Assembly (NCBI RefSeq): GCF_004010195.1
Contig: NC_057718.1
Coordinates: 67,831,872 to 67,895,871 of the forward strand
Length of the DNA stretch: 64,000 nt
Direction: 5' to 3'
Source of the DNA: Chiloscyllium plagiosum
Lineage: Eukaryota
This document shows, in pieces, positions 12,200-23,799 of the stretch. Below the pieces are notes generated by a model. It ran no database searches and was not told the DNA's origin. It worked only from the letters and a program-made list of their open reading frames with translations. The number at the start of each line of letters is the position of its first letter. The first letter of the stretch is position 1. Both the position numbers and the translations under genes were made by a program.

Positions 12200-13160
12200 T
12201 GTTAACAAAATATTATCAATTTCAAATTTAAAAGTACCATTTGATCTGCTATCAATCACTAGTTGAAAAAGAGAATGTTTTCTAAATGCTTTTTGTAAAT
12301 GTTCTGAATTTTTCTCCTGAAAATTTCATTTTTATTTGCTGTAACTTTGAGATTCATACCCTATGGTAGACTCTCCAAACAGCAGAAATATGCTTTTCCA
12401 ATCTGTTCACTTTAATATTGTGAAACGTTTTGATCCAATCTCACTTCACCTTCTAAATTTCAGGGATTACACCCCTAGGCTGGATAATTTGTCCTCCCAA
12501 TTTCATGTTTGTGTTGATGTGTCATGCTTGTAAATTTTCTGTTACACTGTTTTTCAAATTGAAGTTCACAAAACTTCAGATACCTTCCAAACAGGCTTGA
12601 AAGCATGGTTGCTGCCCCTTTATATTCTAGTCTTCTAGATATCAAGGCCAGCAATCCATCAACATTTTAGATTATTCTGGTGCATGACATTTTTATGATC
12701 AGTATATTTACATTCCATCATTAAAGTGGCTAATAAAGACAGTGAATAATTGAGGCTGCAGCACAGATCTGTGAGGGACACCAGTAGTCACATTCTGCTG
12801 ATTAAAATGCCTACTATAATTGCTCTCTGACTCCTGCAGCTCAGCCAGTTTCCACGGCAGGTCAACAATTTGCCTTCTCACCTAATTGCTTCAGCTTTAG
12901 CTAGAGGTTTATGGTTGACTTGAAGTTAACATGAATAGCATCCATAGACACTACATTAGTTACTACTACAAAAAAATGATCACTTTATCGAGCATGACCT
13001 ATCTTTATAAATCCATTTTCACTCTTTTTGACTGGCTGAAAATTTTCAAAGTGTTCATTCACCCTATCATTAATTTTTGACTAACAATTTCCAGCAATAG
13101 AGGATGGTTTAAGTGATTTGGAATTCCCTGCATTTCCCCTCCTACCATTCATGAACAGCA
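12200..13160 (-). mobile_element. Highly decayed CR1 RT region
   Basis: Degenerate similarity to the other minus-strand CR1 copies; no long ORF. Confidence 0.5.
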
Positions 13161-13751
13161 TAGTGACACAAGTAATTTTCTAACCGAAAGAAAAATATTT
13201 TACAGCTGCTGTCATCAAACCTGTGCATTTCTGGTATCTCTTTTACTAATAGATTAGGGAAGGGGCAGAAAATGAATACATTTTGCTGTTGCTCATAGCA
13301 GATTGTTTAGTCTCAGTAGCAGGTTTATAGTGGCACAATTTTCATTCAGCTGCGAAATAAAGTCATAGAACCCTTTAGTTAGAAGTAGCATCCAAAATGC
13401 ACTTCTGTAATTTTAGGATTTAGTTTGTTTTAAACATTTAGAATAAACATATACAATTAATTTTATTCCAAAGGTACTTGGTCCGTATGTTTAAAATGGA
13501 ATGTCCGCAAAATTTGTGCACGTGTCCATGAATGTTCTGTATCATTCTGCGCACAACAAACTGTACGAAAAGAATATTGCAGTTTTTGAAATGATACAGA
13601 ATAGACAAATTAGAATGATGGAGGGATTGGATCATAAGGATCAATTATAGAAATTAATAATCTTCATTAGACCAGCCTGTCGCTGGCTAATGTGCTTATA
13701 TTATGGGTTTGTGTTGCATAGATTGGAGGATACATATAAAAGAATGCATAT

Positions 13752-14060
13752 ATTAGATTACGTACAGTGTGGAAACAGGCCCTTCGGCCCAACAAGTCCA
13801 CACCGACCCACCGAAGCGCAACCCACCCATTCTCGTACATTTACCCCTTTACCTAACACTACGGGCAATTTAGCATGGCCAATTCACCTGACGTGCACAT
13901 CTTTGGACTGTGGGAGGAAACCGGCGCACCCGGAGGAAACCCATGCAGACACGGGGAGAATGTGCAAACTCCACACAGTCAGCCGCCTGAGTCGGGAATT
14001 GAACCCGGGTCTCTGGCGCTGTGAGGCAGCAGTGCTAACCACTGTGCCACCGTGCTGCCC
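13752..14060 (-). mobile_element. HE1-type tRNA-derived V-SINE
   Basis: Reverse complement: A-box (ggtggcacagtggttagc), B-box (ggttcaattccc), V-domain (gtgtggagtttgcacattctccccgtgtctgc..ggtttcctcc), CR1-like 3' tail ending in taatctaat. Confidence 0.92.
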
Positions 14061-14789
14061 ACAAATATATATTTATCATGATAGTTAACAAGAGGCAGCA
14101 TCATGAGGAATTGTTTTTATTGTTTATGCAGTGGGTAGTGATGTAAACTGTGCTTTGTTAATTCTGTCTTTTCTTAAAAAAAAATCAAGTATTCCTGAGG
14201 CTGAAGTGTTTGAAGAATTCCTAGTATTGGTTTTTAGTGAACCAGTTATTTCTATGGATAGAATACTTATGGTTTGGTGGGAGGTGTGATTGAAAAGCCA
14301 AACTAATATAAGCTGTAAGGTTTCATTGTGCTCTCTTATTGTGACACTAAATGAAAATACAGCACAAAAGTCTACTATAATGCTGCTTTATACAGCATGA
14401 TAGCATTTATATGATGGCTGTATCCAGAAACTGTACGCTGTGAACAATGTTTCTTTAAATGGGTTAAATTGGTTATTGTGGCATGGTTGACTTCCTGCTT
14501 CTAGCTGGGCAAGGACAAATCAGCTAGGATCTGAGTTAACAGGTCTGTTAAGAAATGGGATTTTTGAGAAATGGGTTCATAGATTGAATCAATTAGTGAT
14601 CCTTTGCTATTCACATGCATGTAAGTGAGCTACAAGGGATTTGCTCAATCTGGCAGAGCAGCTCGGAGGAGAACACACACAGTCTGATCTCTTCGTGAGC
14701 TGCAATTCTAACTCCCCAAACTACTCTGTTGCCAACCTTTCCACCTAGTGGGCTAATCTTTTTAATTTCTCCTCTTCCAACTCCATCTT

Positions 14790-15300
14790 CTTAGTACTGG
14801 CAAAAGTGGACTGGAAGCAGATATTTAATGGTAAATTAGTGCCAGAGCATTGAGAGGCATTCAAAGAGATGGAAGTTTTAGCACAAACATGTTTTCTTTA
14901 AGAGTGGATCTCCGAATCGGGACTTGCCTAAGTGTCACAGAGCATGCAGAGTATGAAAAGATTTTTAGAAGGCAAGCTTATTACTGATCATTAATATGTA
15001 AAGAGTAAAAGGGTATTTAAAGAAAGATTACTGCTGTTTGGAAACCAAAAAAAAAGTTCTGTTCAGTTGGAAGATGTGGCCATGTTTTTTTTTAAATGAA
15101 TACTTCACTTTGTTTTTCACAAAAATAGGAAACAGAGTAGCCATTGGAATTGAAGAGGAAGGGGTAGCCTAAATGATTGCAGGCCAGTCAGCTGAATCTC
15201 TGTGGTCAGCAGTTTATTGGAAAAAACACTGAAAAGAAGAATATTCATTTTGTTGAAAGGCGCAAATTAATCAAGAGCAGTCAGTGTGGATATTTTAATA
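14790..15300 (+). mobile_element. Very old CR1 fragment
   Basis: Degenerate ORF2 tether-region similarity (aatgaatacttc..tgtttttcac, ccagtcagc, agtcagtgtgga). Confidence 0.4.
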
Positions 15301-15884
15301 ATGTATTTTTGTCAAATTTGTGAAACACCTTGGGTTTTTTAATGCTAAAAACACTATAAAATATCAATTGTTGTCCTCTTGTTCCTGACAACTGTGTGAA
15401 ATTGTCATTTTTAATCTGTAACCATTGTCTTCAGTCAAATGTCAATTTAGCTGATTCTGCAGTTAGGTTTCAATTGTAATTGTGAGTGCTCATTTTAGAT
15501 GTCAGAATATCTGATCTAAACAAAGTTGAGGTGTAGAAAAACAAATCACTGTAGCGCCATTAAATTTGTGGTGATATTTTGACTATTCTAAAGAAAGGAA
15601 CAATGAAACTAACTTGTTGTGGAAATCTGACTATTCTGGCTGTGAAAAATTGCCATTCCTCCTCGTCCCCTCCCCCTACCCTGTATGCTGTCTGACACAG
15701 GCAAATCCTGATTTGGGAGATCCACTCAAAGAAAACATGTTTGTGCTGGACCTTCCATCTTTTTGAATGCCTCACGATGCTCTGACATTAGGTCCAGTGG
15801 TTTTGTGTGCGTAGCAGTATCTATGAATATAGAATTCAACTGTTTGTGGTGAACTGAATTCAAGTGAATACCTGACTACCGCAT

Positions 15885-16240
15885 TTGTGGTCACCAACTA
15901 TAGGACGGATGTGGAGGCTTTGGAGATGGTGCAAAAGAGGTTTACCGGAATGTTGCCTTAATTGGGGTGTATTGGTTATAAAGAGAGGTTGAACTAACTT
16001 GGATTGTTATCTCTAGAACCTCAGAGACTGAAGGTGACCTTATGCAAGTATATAAAATTATGGAGGCCGCGGATGGATAGTTGGAGTCTTTTTCCCAGGG
16101 TAGAAGTGTCATAGGTTTAAGGAAATGCTTAAAGGAGATGTGCAAGGCAAGTTTTTTTTTAAAAAGAGGGCGGTAGATACCCGGAATGTGTGCCACAGAA
16201 AATGGTAGAAGCTGATGTGAAAGCAGTGTTTGAGGCATTT
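15885..16240 (+). mobile_element. CR1 3' fragment
   Basis: tggtcacc..tataggacggatgtggaggctttggagatggtgcaaaagaggtttacc (WSP.YR.DVEALE.VQKRFT). Confidence 0.7.
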
Positions 16241-17700
16241 CAAAGCTCATCTCTGCTCTTAATGTTGAATGTCTTTGTGAGCTCTCTGAAAATTGTGCTC
16301 AGATTTTTGTTTTTCTCTCAGCAGCCTGAATGCACGTTTGTACCATATCTGTGGTGCCTCTGTTTGAAACTAAGCTTACTCTCTGGGAGATTTTCTCTTC
16401 CACAATGGTAAGCACAGTCTTGCTCAGTATTCTAGCCAAGCTCTTCCTAACAGTAGAAAGGAGAGCAATCCCACAGGAGTGGAGCAATCTGAGTTTTCTC
16501 ATTTGTTTTGTATAAAGTGATGGTAACAATGTTACAAAGATGCTTGGCAATACTGTCCTGTTCTTAGCAGGCCATGAAACTTCAAAGGCTTGGTATATTT
16601 TGTATGGTCACCTTGATACAAGGATTCAGATGCAATTGCCTTGACTGACAGGCCTTTGTTCCTCTTCATCTGATCAAGAGTGGTCACTGTTTCCTTCAGA
16701 GTTAGGTTGTCAACCAGTTATTTTCTGTTGTCAGATGTAGTTGACAGCAGTGTCATGCACTGTGCACTTGACACCTAAGACTTTTCATGAAATGTTCTGA
16801 CCAGTAGTCCAGAATGGACTTTGTTGGTGTGAAGTGTCTAACCACTAAGGGTCTTGCTCCTCAGGGTGTTTTTTTTGTTTCATATATAACCAGCACACAA
16901 GTATGTCAGCAGTGGAAAACCTGCCATTTCATCATTTTGAATGTTCCTCAGTTAAAATCCCTACATTAAAGGGCGCTGTATAAATGATGGCAGGCTGTCT
17001 TTTTCTTTTGGCTGATGAGCTGATCATTTTCAGGCCTCAGATTTTCTTGTCATTTTCATTAAACCAATCCTTGTTTTTCTTGATATTGAATCTAATGACC
17101 TTGTTGCGAGTATCCAGTTCTGCAGCTTTTATGTTCCTGGATTTCCTCTGAAGTAGAATCACCAGTGAGATCAGGGTGTTCCAGTCTAGTGTGTAAGGTT
17201 GATTGATATGTATCTTTGCAAATCTGTTCTTGTGCTTTGACTTGAAATGGAAGTTTAGTTTTGATTAGACAAGCTGGTGGTCTGCATTGTCAGGATTGGG
17301 TGCACTCCAGTATACATGTGTCCGTTAGGTTACATAGGTGCTGTTAGGAGGGGCATTTTGGATGAATTCACTGAGATCTGTTTAGATTATTATCTTGTCA
17401 GCTAGGTGAGTATTCATGTTTGGAACATAATGAGATGAGCTGATGGCAGTTCTATACTCATTGATCTTGAAGGGGAAAGGCACAGGGAAATGAGATAGGA
17501 ATGACCAACTGATAGCTTTGAAAGTTTAGTGAGGATGGTTTTCTTCACCATGAAACCAACACCAAAGAGATGTTCACTTTGAGGTCTACCTGTCCAACAA
17601 AGAGTGCGGCCTCTAATGTGTTTCATCAGGCTGCCTTGCTCCAAGAAATAGTCTTTATTTAGGGTTGCTATCTATGCTGGTTAGCACATGAGCCAGCAGG
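16240..17700 (-). mobile_element. RTE (BovB/Expander-like) LINE remnant, EN plus start of RT
   Basis: ORF 17414-17644 (EQGSL....TLCWTGRP..HLFGVGFMVK) and ORF 16299-16550 (GIALLSTVRKSLARIL..NRGTTDMV) are degenerate RTE-clade motifs. Confidence 0.75.
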
Positions 17701-17729
17701 ATATGTGAAATAACTGCACAGAAGCTGAT

Positions 17730-18445
17730 ATCCTGTCACCAAGTCACCCATTACTTGTGCACAGCGTATGGGCTCTGACCAGCCAGCTTAAAGCCAGTTC
17801 CTAGACTGAGGAGATATCCTGAATCTCCTGTTTATTTTTTTCTCTAATCTCCTGTTTGTGTTGGTCAGCCGGGGCTCCCTGATTGGCATTCCTGCTATCA
17901 GTCTGGCCACATGCCACCCCTAGGTGAGAGAGACTGTTTACTTCAGGGGACGATGTTTGGTGTTAAAATCACAGATATGGCTCTGCACAGGTACAAGGCG
18001 AATTGATGCAAGGTCAAGGCCCAGCACATAGTTCGGGTAGGTGAGGCGGTCCTGAACAAACATGTAGATCACCTGAAAGCACCTACTGTGCAAGCAAGGC
18101 AGGAGCAAAACATACCTGGCCCCTCAGAACAGTCAGAAACCATGGATTCTTCCCCCCCAACTAGCAAAGAGAAAACCTCAGAGTCCAAGATGGATGCAGT
18201 CTTGATATCATTACAGCCGTAAGAGGAGGAAGAAGCTTACCCAAGATGCTCTGGGTGCAAGAGACAGGTTACAGTCCCGTGGCAAAAATGTTGCAGAAGA
18301 AGCTACGAGAGAAGGAACAGGACTATATTCCCATACTTAAATGGGGGAGGGATGTAGTGATTGGAACTGGGGTCAGGTGGATCTCATTGACTGAGATCTT
18401 GATTGGGATTGTTATCCTGGGCCAATCAGGGAGCCCGTGCACCGA
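17730..18445. mobile_element. Gypsy LTR retrotransposon remnant: integrase C-terminus, PPT and partial LTR, plus an inverted LTR piece
   Basis: On + about 17940-18080 ends ..VRVGEAVLNKHVDHLK. Polypurine tract gggggaggga at 18343-18352 followed by TG. gccaatcagggagccc (18421-18436) is inverted at 17872-17887. Confidence 0.6.
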
Positions 18446-18838
18446 AAAGAAGTGTTTTTGGTCATTGAACGGACAAAGAAGAGTTAGAGGCAGATATTTT
18501 CCAATTCAGCTTGAGAGTATGTTGTATAAAATCTTCAAAAAGAAATATTGCCATAGATATAAAGTTCACTTTGGGTGGACTCATTAGGATAATTGTTATG
18601 GTTACTGTTCATCTTGGCCTAAGTGCTGGAAATCACTTGTTCATGTCTTGGAACTGTAAGGGAGGACCCTTGCATCATTGTAAAGGGAGGACCCGTTTAA
18701 GACTGGAACAAAGAGTGTTCTACAAATTGCACAACTAGGCAGGTATAGCTTGCATCCATTGGGGTTTCTACAGCATTACCTTTTGTTTGGAGGAATAATG
18801 ACTGAATTTAAAGGTGAGGTTGGTGAATGCAAACTCAA

Positions 18839-18973
18839 ATGTCAACAGTGTGGTGCTGTAAAAGCCCATCAGGTCAGGCAGCATCCGAGGAGCAGGAGAT
18901 TCGACATTTCGGGCATAAATTCTTTATCAGGAACGACTCTGATCTCCAGCGTCTGCAGTCCTCACTTTCTCCC
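18839..18973 (-). mobile_element. Mini PLE-derived element (family A) with inverted terminal extension
   Basis: 13-bp TSD aatgcaaactcaa at 18826-18838 and 18974-18986. Confidence 0.85.
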
Positions 18974-19129
18974 AATGCAAACTCAAGTTCATCCATGCAG
19001 ATAAGGGTGAGTGGATGGAGACTGGTGTGCCTCTTCAGCATTTCAAATTATTCTAGCCCCCACCTTTTCTTTTGGGAAGGCAATAACTGCCAACAATGAT
19101 TTAACTTAAACGATTTACATCTTTGAATC

Positions 19130-19402
19130 TGTCTTTTGTTTTGTTTCTTGTCTTGTTACTATTCCCCTTTGTTTTGCACTATCATTTTTGTCTTTTAAAC
19201 TTTCTTTCCTTTCTCTTTCATTTGTCCCTTCTCCCTGTGTTCCTGCCTCTCCTTCATTTAAACTGGTTGGGAGTGAAATTGCAATGAAAGGTCATTGATC
19301 TGAAATGTTAACGCTGTTTCTCTCTTTGCAGATGGTGCCATACCTGCTGAGCATTTCCTATTTTGATTTCAGGTTTTCAGCATCCATAGTATTTTGTTTT
19401 TT
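19130..19402 (+). mobile_element. Old PLE pseudo-LTR remnant (family D-like)
   Basis: tgaaaggtcattgatctgaaatgttaac..ctctctttgcagatg..cctgctgagcatttcc; related to 46290-46395. Confidence 0.5.
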
Positions 19403-20588
19403 TATGGTGAAATAGCCATCTATTTACAGTACATATAGAATTGAATGTCACAAATCAACACATTGGGAAGTTGGGGATAGTCAGCATTTTGCCTATTCTG
19501 GATAACAATTCAGCTCAAGGCAGGTTTTAATGACAAGATTAGTATCTTCTGTAGACTTTATTTAGGCAGTAATTTAAGGTTGTGGCTAATTTTAATACAG
19601 CAATGGTTTAAAGAGCCACCTTCGTATTAAATTCAAGTGAAAAAAGTTGTTTATATGGAATAATGCCAATCAGTTATTTTAATTGAAAATACATCCTTTT
19701 TTAATTTAAAAAAATGTGTTTTTCTTCTTTGCATACCCAAAATGATCACTGGCCCACTTTGATTACAGCTTTATGGTCTTCAGACCTGACATTTGCCAGT
19801 GTTAGTTAGTCTGTCTCAGTTAGAACTCAAGATGGAAAGAAATAACTGCACATCTGTCATTCTTTATGGTGTAATAGCTTTCCACTGTTTAAGAACAGAG
19901 CCAGGAGCCAGATGTTTATAGTGATTATCAAGAGCACTTGGATGTTTTGTATTCGACTTACCAAATGATAGGAATTTCAGAAACTGCATTAAAGTCCAGG
20001 AAATGACTGCCTGTTGTGTTTTCTTAGAGTGTGAATAGTGATTGACTGTATAGTTCAAGCTTTGTTCTTTTGGGTAGAGAATTGCACTATGTTGTCATGA
20101 GTATTTTAAAATGCAATGCTGTTTTTACCTTTTCAATTCAAGCACTGAGTAAAAAGAATTACTCCTGCCATTGGCTCAATATGTTTTTCATGCTTTATAA
20201 ATTCAATCTTAGTTTCAAATTGTTAAGTATTTTGGTGGGTGTCACTAAATAATAGATTTGATTTTGATTGAAAATTGCTTTAATGCACACTTCTTTCTAT
20301 AATTTGCTTGGGGAGTCCTTAGTTCAACAAAAGAGAGTGAGAGGTTAAAATCCACTTTAATGTTGTTTCTCAGCAGCCTGCCTTGATATGCGGATATTTT
20401 CTTCTCTGAAATACAATATTTGTACATCTTTTCATTGTAGTGAATATGCAAAGGTTTGCCTTTTACAGAAATATGAAGGAAATTTCTCATTCTCAAACTT
20501 CACTGAACCACATTTTCTGCAACTTATTGTCCGTTGTGAGACAGAAAATTGTAAATCCAATGATCCATTTTCTCTGATTAAAACAGGG

Positions 20589-20811
20589 TATAATCAGTTC
20601 TGCTGTAACACAGTAGTTGCTGTCTTGTGCAATCCCGTGTTATAAGAAAATTGCATAACAGCAGTACCATTTAAAGTAATGGGGCTGGAATCACGTTATA
20701 ACCAACATATGCTTTAAAATTTCACATTTTAGAAACAAGGTGCCCAATTCGTCAATCATGTTTTAGTGAATTCTTGTTAACAAAATACGGGTTACAGCAG
20801 AACAACCTGTA
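20589..20811. mobile_element. Tc1/mariner (Tigger/pogo-like) MITE
   Basis: Imperfect TIRs (gttctgctgtaac / gttacagcagaac..ctgTA). Homologous copies at 35643-35835 and 41419-41640. Confidence 0.7.
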
Positions 20812-21164
20812 ATTTTCTTCAACATTGGCTATGCTTAGAACAGTATATGATAATGCAATGTTAATCAAGAATGATTTAGATGAATAATTAATGGTTACCA
20901 TTTGCAAAGATTAGAATATGAACCGTTTATTTGCTGTTCAATTACATATTGTGTGCGTGGACTGCAAAGTAATGTATTCAGATGAAAATTATCTTTATTA
21001 CAGTTTTGGTGGAAGGAGCTTCCATTTAAACATGCAGGATGGGATATTGCAATTAGATAAACACCAAACTTGTAAGAATGAGTATGTGTTTGTTGGTGGA
21101 ATGGTATTTGCCATTGAGAGTGGACCTATACCACAAGTAAATAAATTTATAACAGTTTTGTTTA

Positions 21165-21280
21165 TTTCCTAAGCAACCTGTTTAAAATTGTTAAGACACA
21201 TCTCTAGAGTGGGTGGGACTTGAACTCAGGCCTCCTGGCCCAGAGGTAGGGACAGTACCCCAACACCACAAGAATCGCCC
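21165..21280 (-). mobile_element. Short tRNA-derived SINE
   Basis: Reverse complement has an A-box-like head and B-box gagttcaagtccc. A related decayed copy lies at about 56825-56932. Confidence 0.6.
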
Positions 21281-21289
21281 ATAATTCCT

Positions 21290-21762
21290 AACTGAAATGG
21301 GAATAGGTTGAAGAAGTTGAACTATAAGGAGAGACTAAAAAGGCTTGGATTGTTTTCTTTGCAGCAGAGAAGACTTGTTTGGGGGGGTGGGGGGGAGGGG
21401 TGGAGAAGGAAGCATGATTGAAGTGTATAAGATTATGAATGATATGCACAAAGTAAATAGAGAGTATCTGTTTCTCTTGGGAATAGTTTAGAGTAAGGGG
21501 CAGGAGTTTGAGAGGGAATTTGGGGAAAAACGTTTTGACTAATCGGGTGGTGGGAATCTGGAATGCCCTGCCTGATAAAGTAGTGAAGGCCAGAAACCTT
21601 GCAGCTTTTTCAAAAAATAAATTGGATGACCATTTCAGATGACATAACATTCAAGGATATGGGACAATTGCAGGAAATTGGGATTAGTGCACATTTAGTG
21701 GTAGTTATGTCAGTGCACACTCAATTGGCTGAAGGGCCTTTCCTGCATTCTATGAATCTATA
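21290..21762 (+). mobile_element. CR1 3' end
   Basis: cgggtggtgggaatctggaatgccctgcctg (RVVGIWNALP) and tail ttctatgaatcta. Confidence 0.75.
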
Positions 21763-22489
21763 AAATAGATACTTTTAATCAACTTGATCAGACATGTTAT
21801 GACACATGTCTGTCCCACTAAGTGGGATACCTGCTTTTAAGCTGAATAGCATTATTATTCATGTGTGACATTCCAGATTCCCACCACTGCTGAATGAAAA
21901 AGTTTTTCCACAAATCCTCTCTGAAACTCCTGCCCCTTACTCGCAAACTATGCTGCTCTTGTGATTGACCCTCAACCAAGGGAAACAGCTAGTCTCTATT
22001 CACATATGTGACACCACTATTTCCAGTCAAAATGTAAGTGATTGGATAGTTATCCTAATCATGCCTAGACTGCACTGTTGTATATGACTGGAATTAATTT
22101 TATAGTAATAATTTATATATAGCTATATTCCATAATTTCAATCCTAAAGCTTGAAACTCCTGGTATTTTGATAATCAGTAATTCTGTTTTCATCAGCATG
22201 GAGTTCTGCTTATGTAGTTTGCAGAAGCTGTTTTTAATCAGACACTGCAGATTCTTTTTGTATTGTAGACTATTTGCTGTATTTCTGAATAAATATAGTT
22301 TGCTATAAATCCAGCCCAGTCTCCAATTTATTGGCTGACACAGTATAGTTTGTTGATAGACTTATTGGTGTCAATTGATATTTTGAGTAGCAGAGGAAAC
22401 AATTAAAATCATGTCTACTTCACATTGCATAATTGTGTATATTCGCAGGTGTGTGTTGAAAGATACTGGGGAGGGCTACTGTTAGTACC

Positions 22490-22652
22490 TCAGATGCATA
22501 GAGATGTACAGGACGGAAACAGACCCTTCGGTCCAACTTGTCCACATCGACCAGATATCCTAAATTAATCTAATTCCATTTGACAGCATTTGGCCTGTAT
22601 CCCTCTAAATCCTTCCTGTTCATAAACCCATCCAGGTGCCTTTTAAATATTA
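22490..22652 (-). mobile_element. CR1 3' UTR fragment
   Basis: Reverse complement resembles 27280-27438. Confidence 0.75.
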
Positions 22653-22786
22653 AAATTCCCACAACACCACGTTATACTCCAACAGGTTTATTTGGACAAA
22701 AAGCTTTCAGAGTGCTGCTCCTTCATGAGGAAGCAAGGAGCAGTGCTCCGAAAGCTTGTACTTTCAAATAAACCTGTTGGACTATA
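22653..22786. mobile_element. Fold-back mini PLE element (family C)
   Basis: ttatactccaacaggtttatttgg..agctttcagagtgctgctcctt inverted as aaggagcagtgctccgaaagct..caaataaacctgttggactataa. Confidence 0.75.
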
Positions 22787-22915
22787 AGAGTTGAAAAATG
22801 TGGTGCTGGAAAAGCACAGCAGGCCAGGCAGCATCCGAGGAGCAGGAGAATCGACGTTTCGGGCATAAGCCCTTCTTCAGGAAGGGCTTATGCCCGAAAC
22901 GTCGATTCTGCTGCC
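22787..22915 (-). mobile_element. Fold-back mini PLE element (family A) with intact antisense hammerhead core (22853-22880)
   Basis: Perfect 29-bp inverted repeat, 22847-22875 versus 22881-22909. Reverse complement reads CUGAAGA a GGGC uuau GCCC GAAA CGUC. Confidence 0.85.
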
Positions 22916-23378
22916 AGTTCTGTTTGTAAATGGTAGCTCATTCATCTTTTGGAAAAAGATTAGTATGTGTGGCAATAATTTAAAAAATGTAAGTGTTTTG
23001 AAAGTAGACTCAAAGTTTGCAGTTCGCAAACTTGCAATTGAAGTTAAACTAAAGTCAAGCAATAATATTCTGCTGTGAATAGCATTGGTTGGAAGCAAGA
23101 AAAACTGTATCATCTAATTCTTCCTTTTTAAATTTTTGGAACTAAAAATTCAAATATTTAACTTGATTAATTGATCTTACATATAGTATTTGTAGAAGGA
23201 GCCTTGGGACAGTCACAGCTGCATTTCATTGTAGACTAGAAAGTGTTCACAATATTCGTGAATTGTTATTTGCTCCAAGTGCTCACACAGGAATGTGCCT
23301 TCCCAAAAAAAAGGAAGAAGTTAAACAGAAGTAATGATTTCTAAACTGCAAAAGTTCAAAAGGGCTGACAGTTGAACT

Positions 23379-23696
23379 GATTAGATTAGATTCCTTACAG
23401 TGTGGAAACAGGTCCTTCAGCCCAACAAGTCCACACCGACCCTCCTAAGAGTAACCCACCCAGACCCATTTCCCTCTGACTAATGCACCAAACACTATGG
23501 ACAATCTAGCATGGCCAATTCACCTGACCTGCACATTTTTGGACTGTGGGAGGAAACTGGAGGACCTGGAGGAAACCTGCGCAGACACTGGCAGAATGTG
23601 AAAAATCCACACAGACAGTCTCCCAAGGTTGGAATTGAACCTGGGTCCCTGATGTTGTGTGGCAGCAGTGCTAACCACTGAGCCACTGTCCCGCTC
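23379..23696 (-). mobile_element. HE1-type V-SINE
   Basis: Same architecture as 13752-14060, with a (gatta)n tail. Confidence 0.88.
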
Positions 23697-23799
23697 CTAG
23701 GCAGGGGTAAATGCTATTTATCATACTAAAGATTATAGGAACTGTACCACCTAAGAATTAACTACTATGTTCATAAGATGGTTGGTATGTTAATATGTT

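Noticed and set aside
13990..14060. tRNA gene
   Set aside because: It is the tRNA-derived head of a SINE, continuous with the V-domain and LINE-like tail.
13690..14088. ORFs with LDCGRKPEHPEETHADTGRMCKLH (also 37263-37523)
   Set aside because: Spurious translation of the antisense V-SINE.
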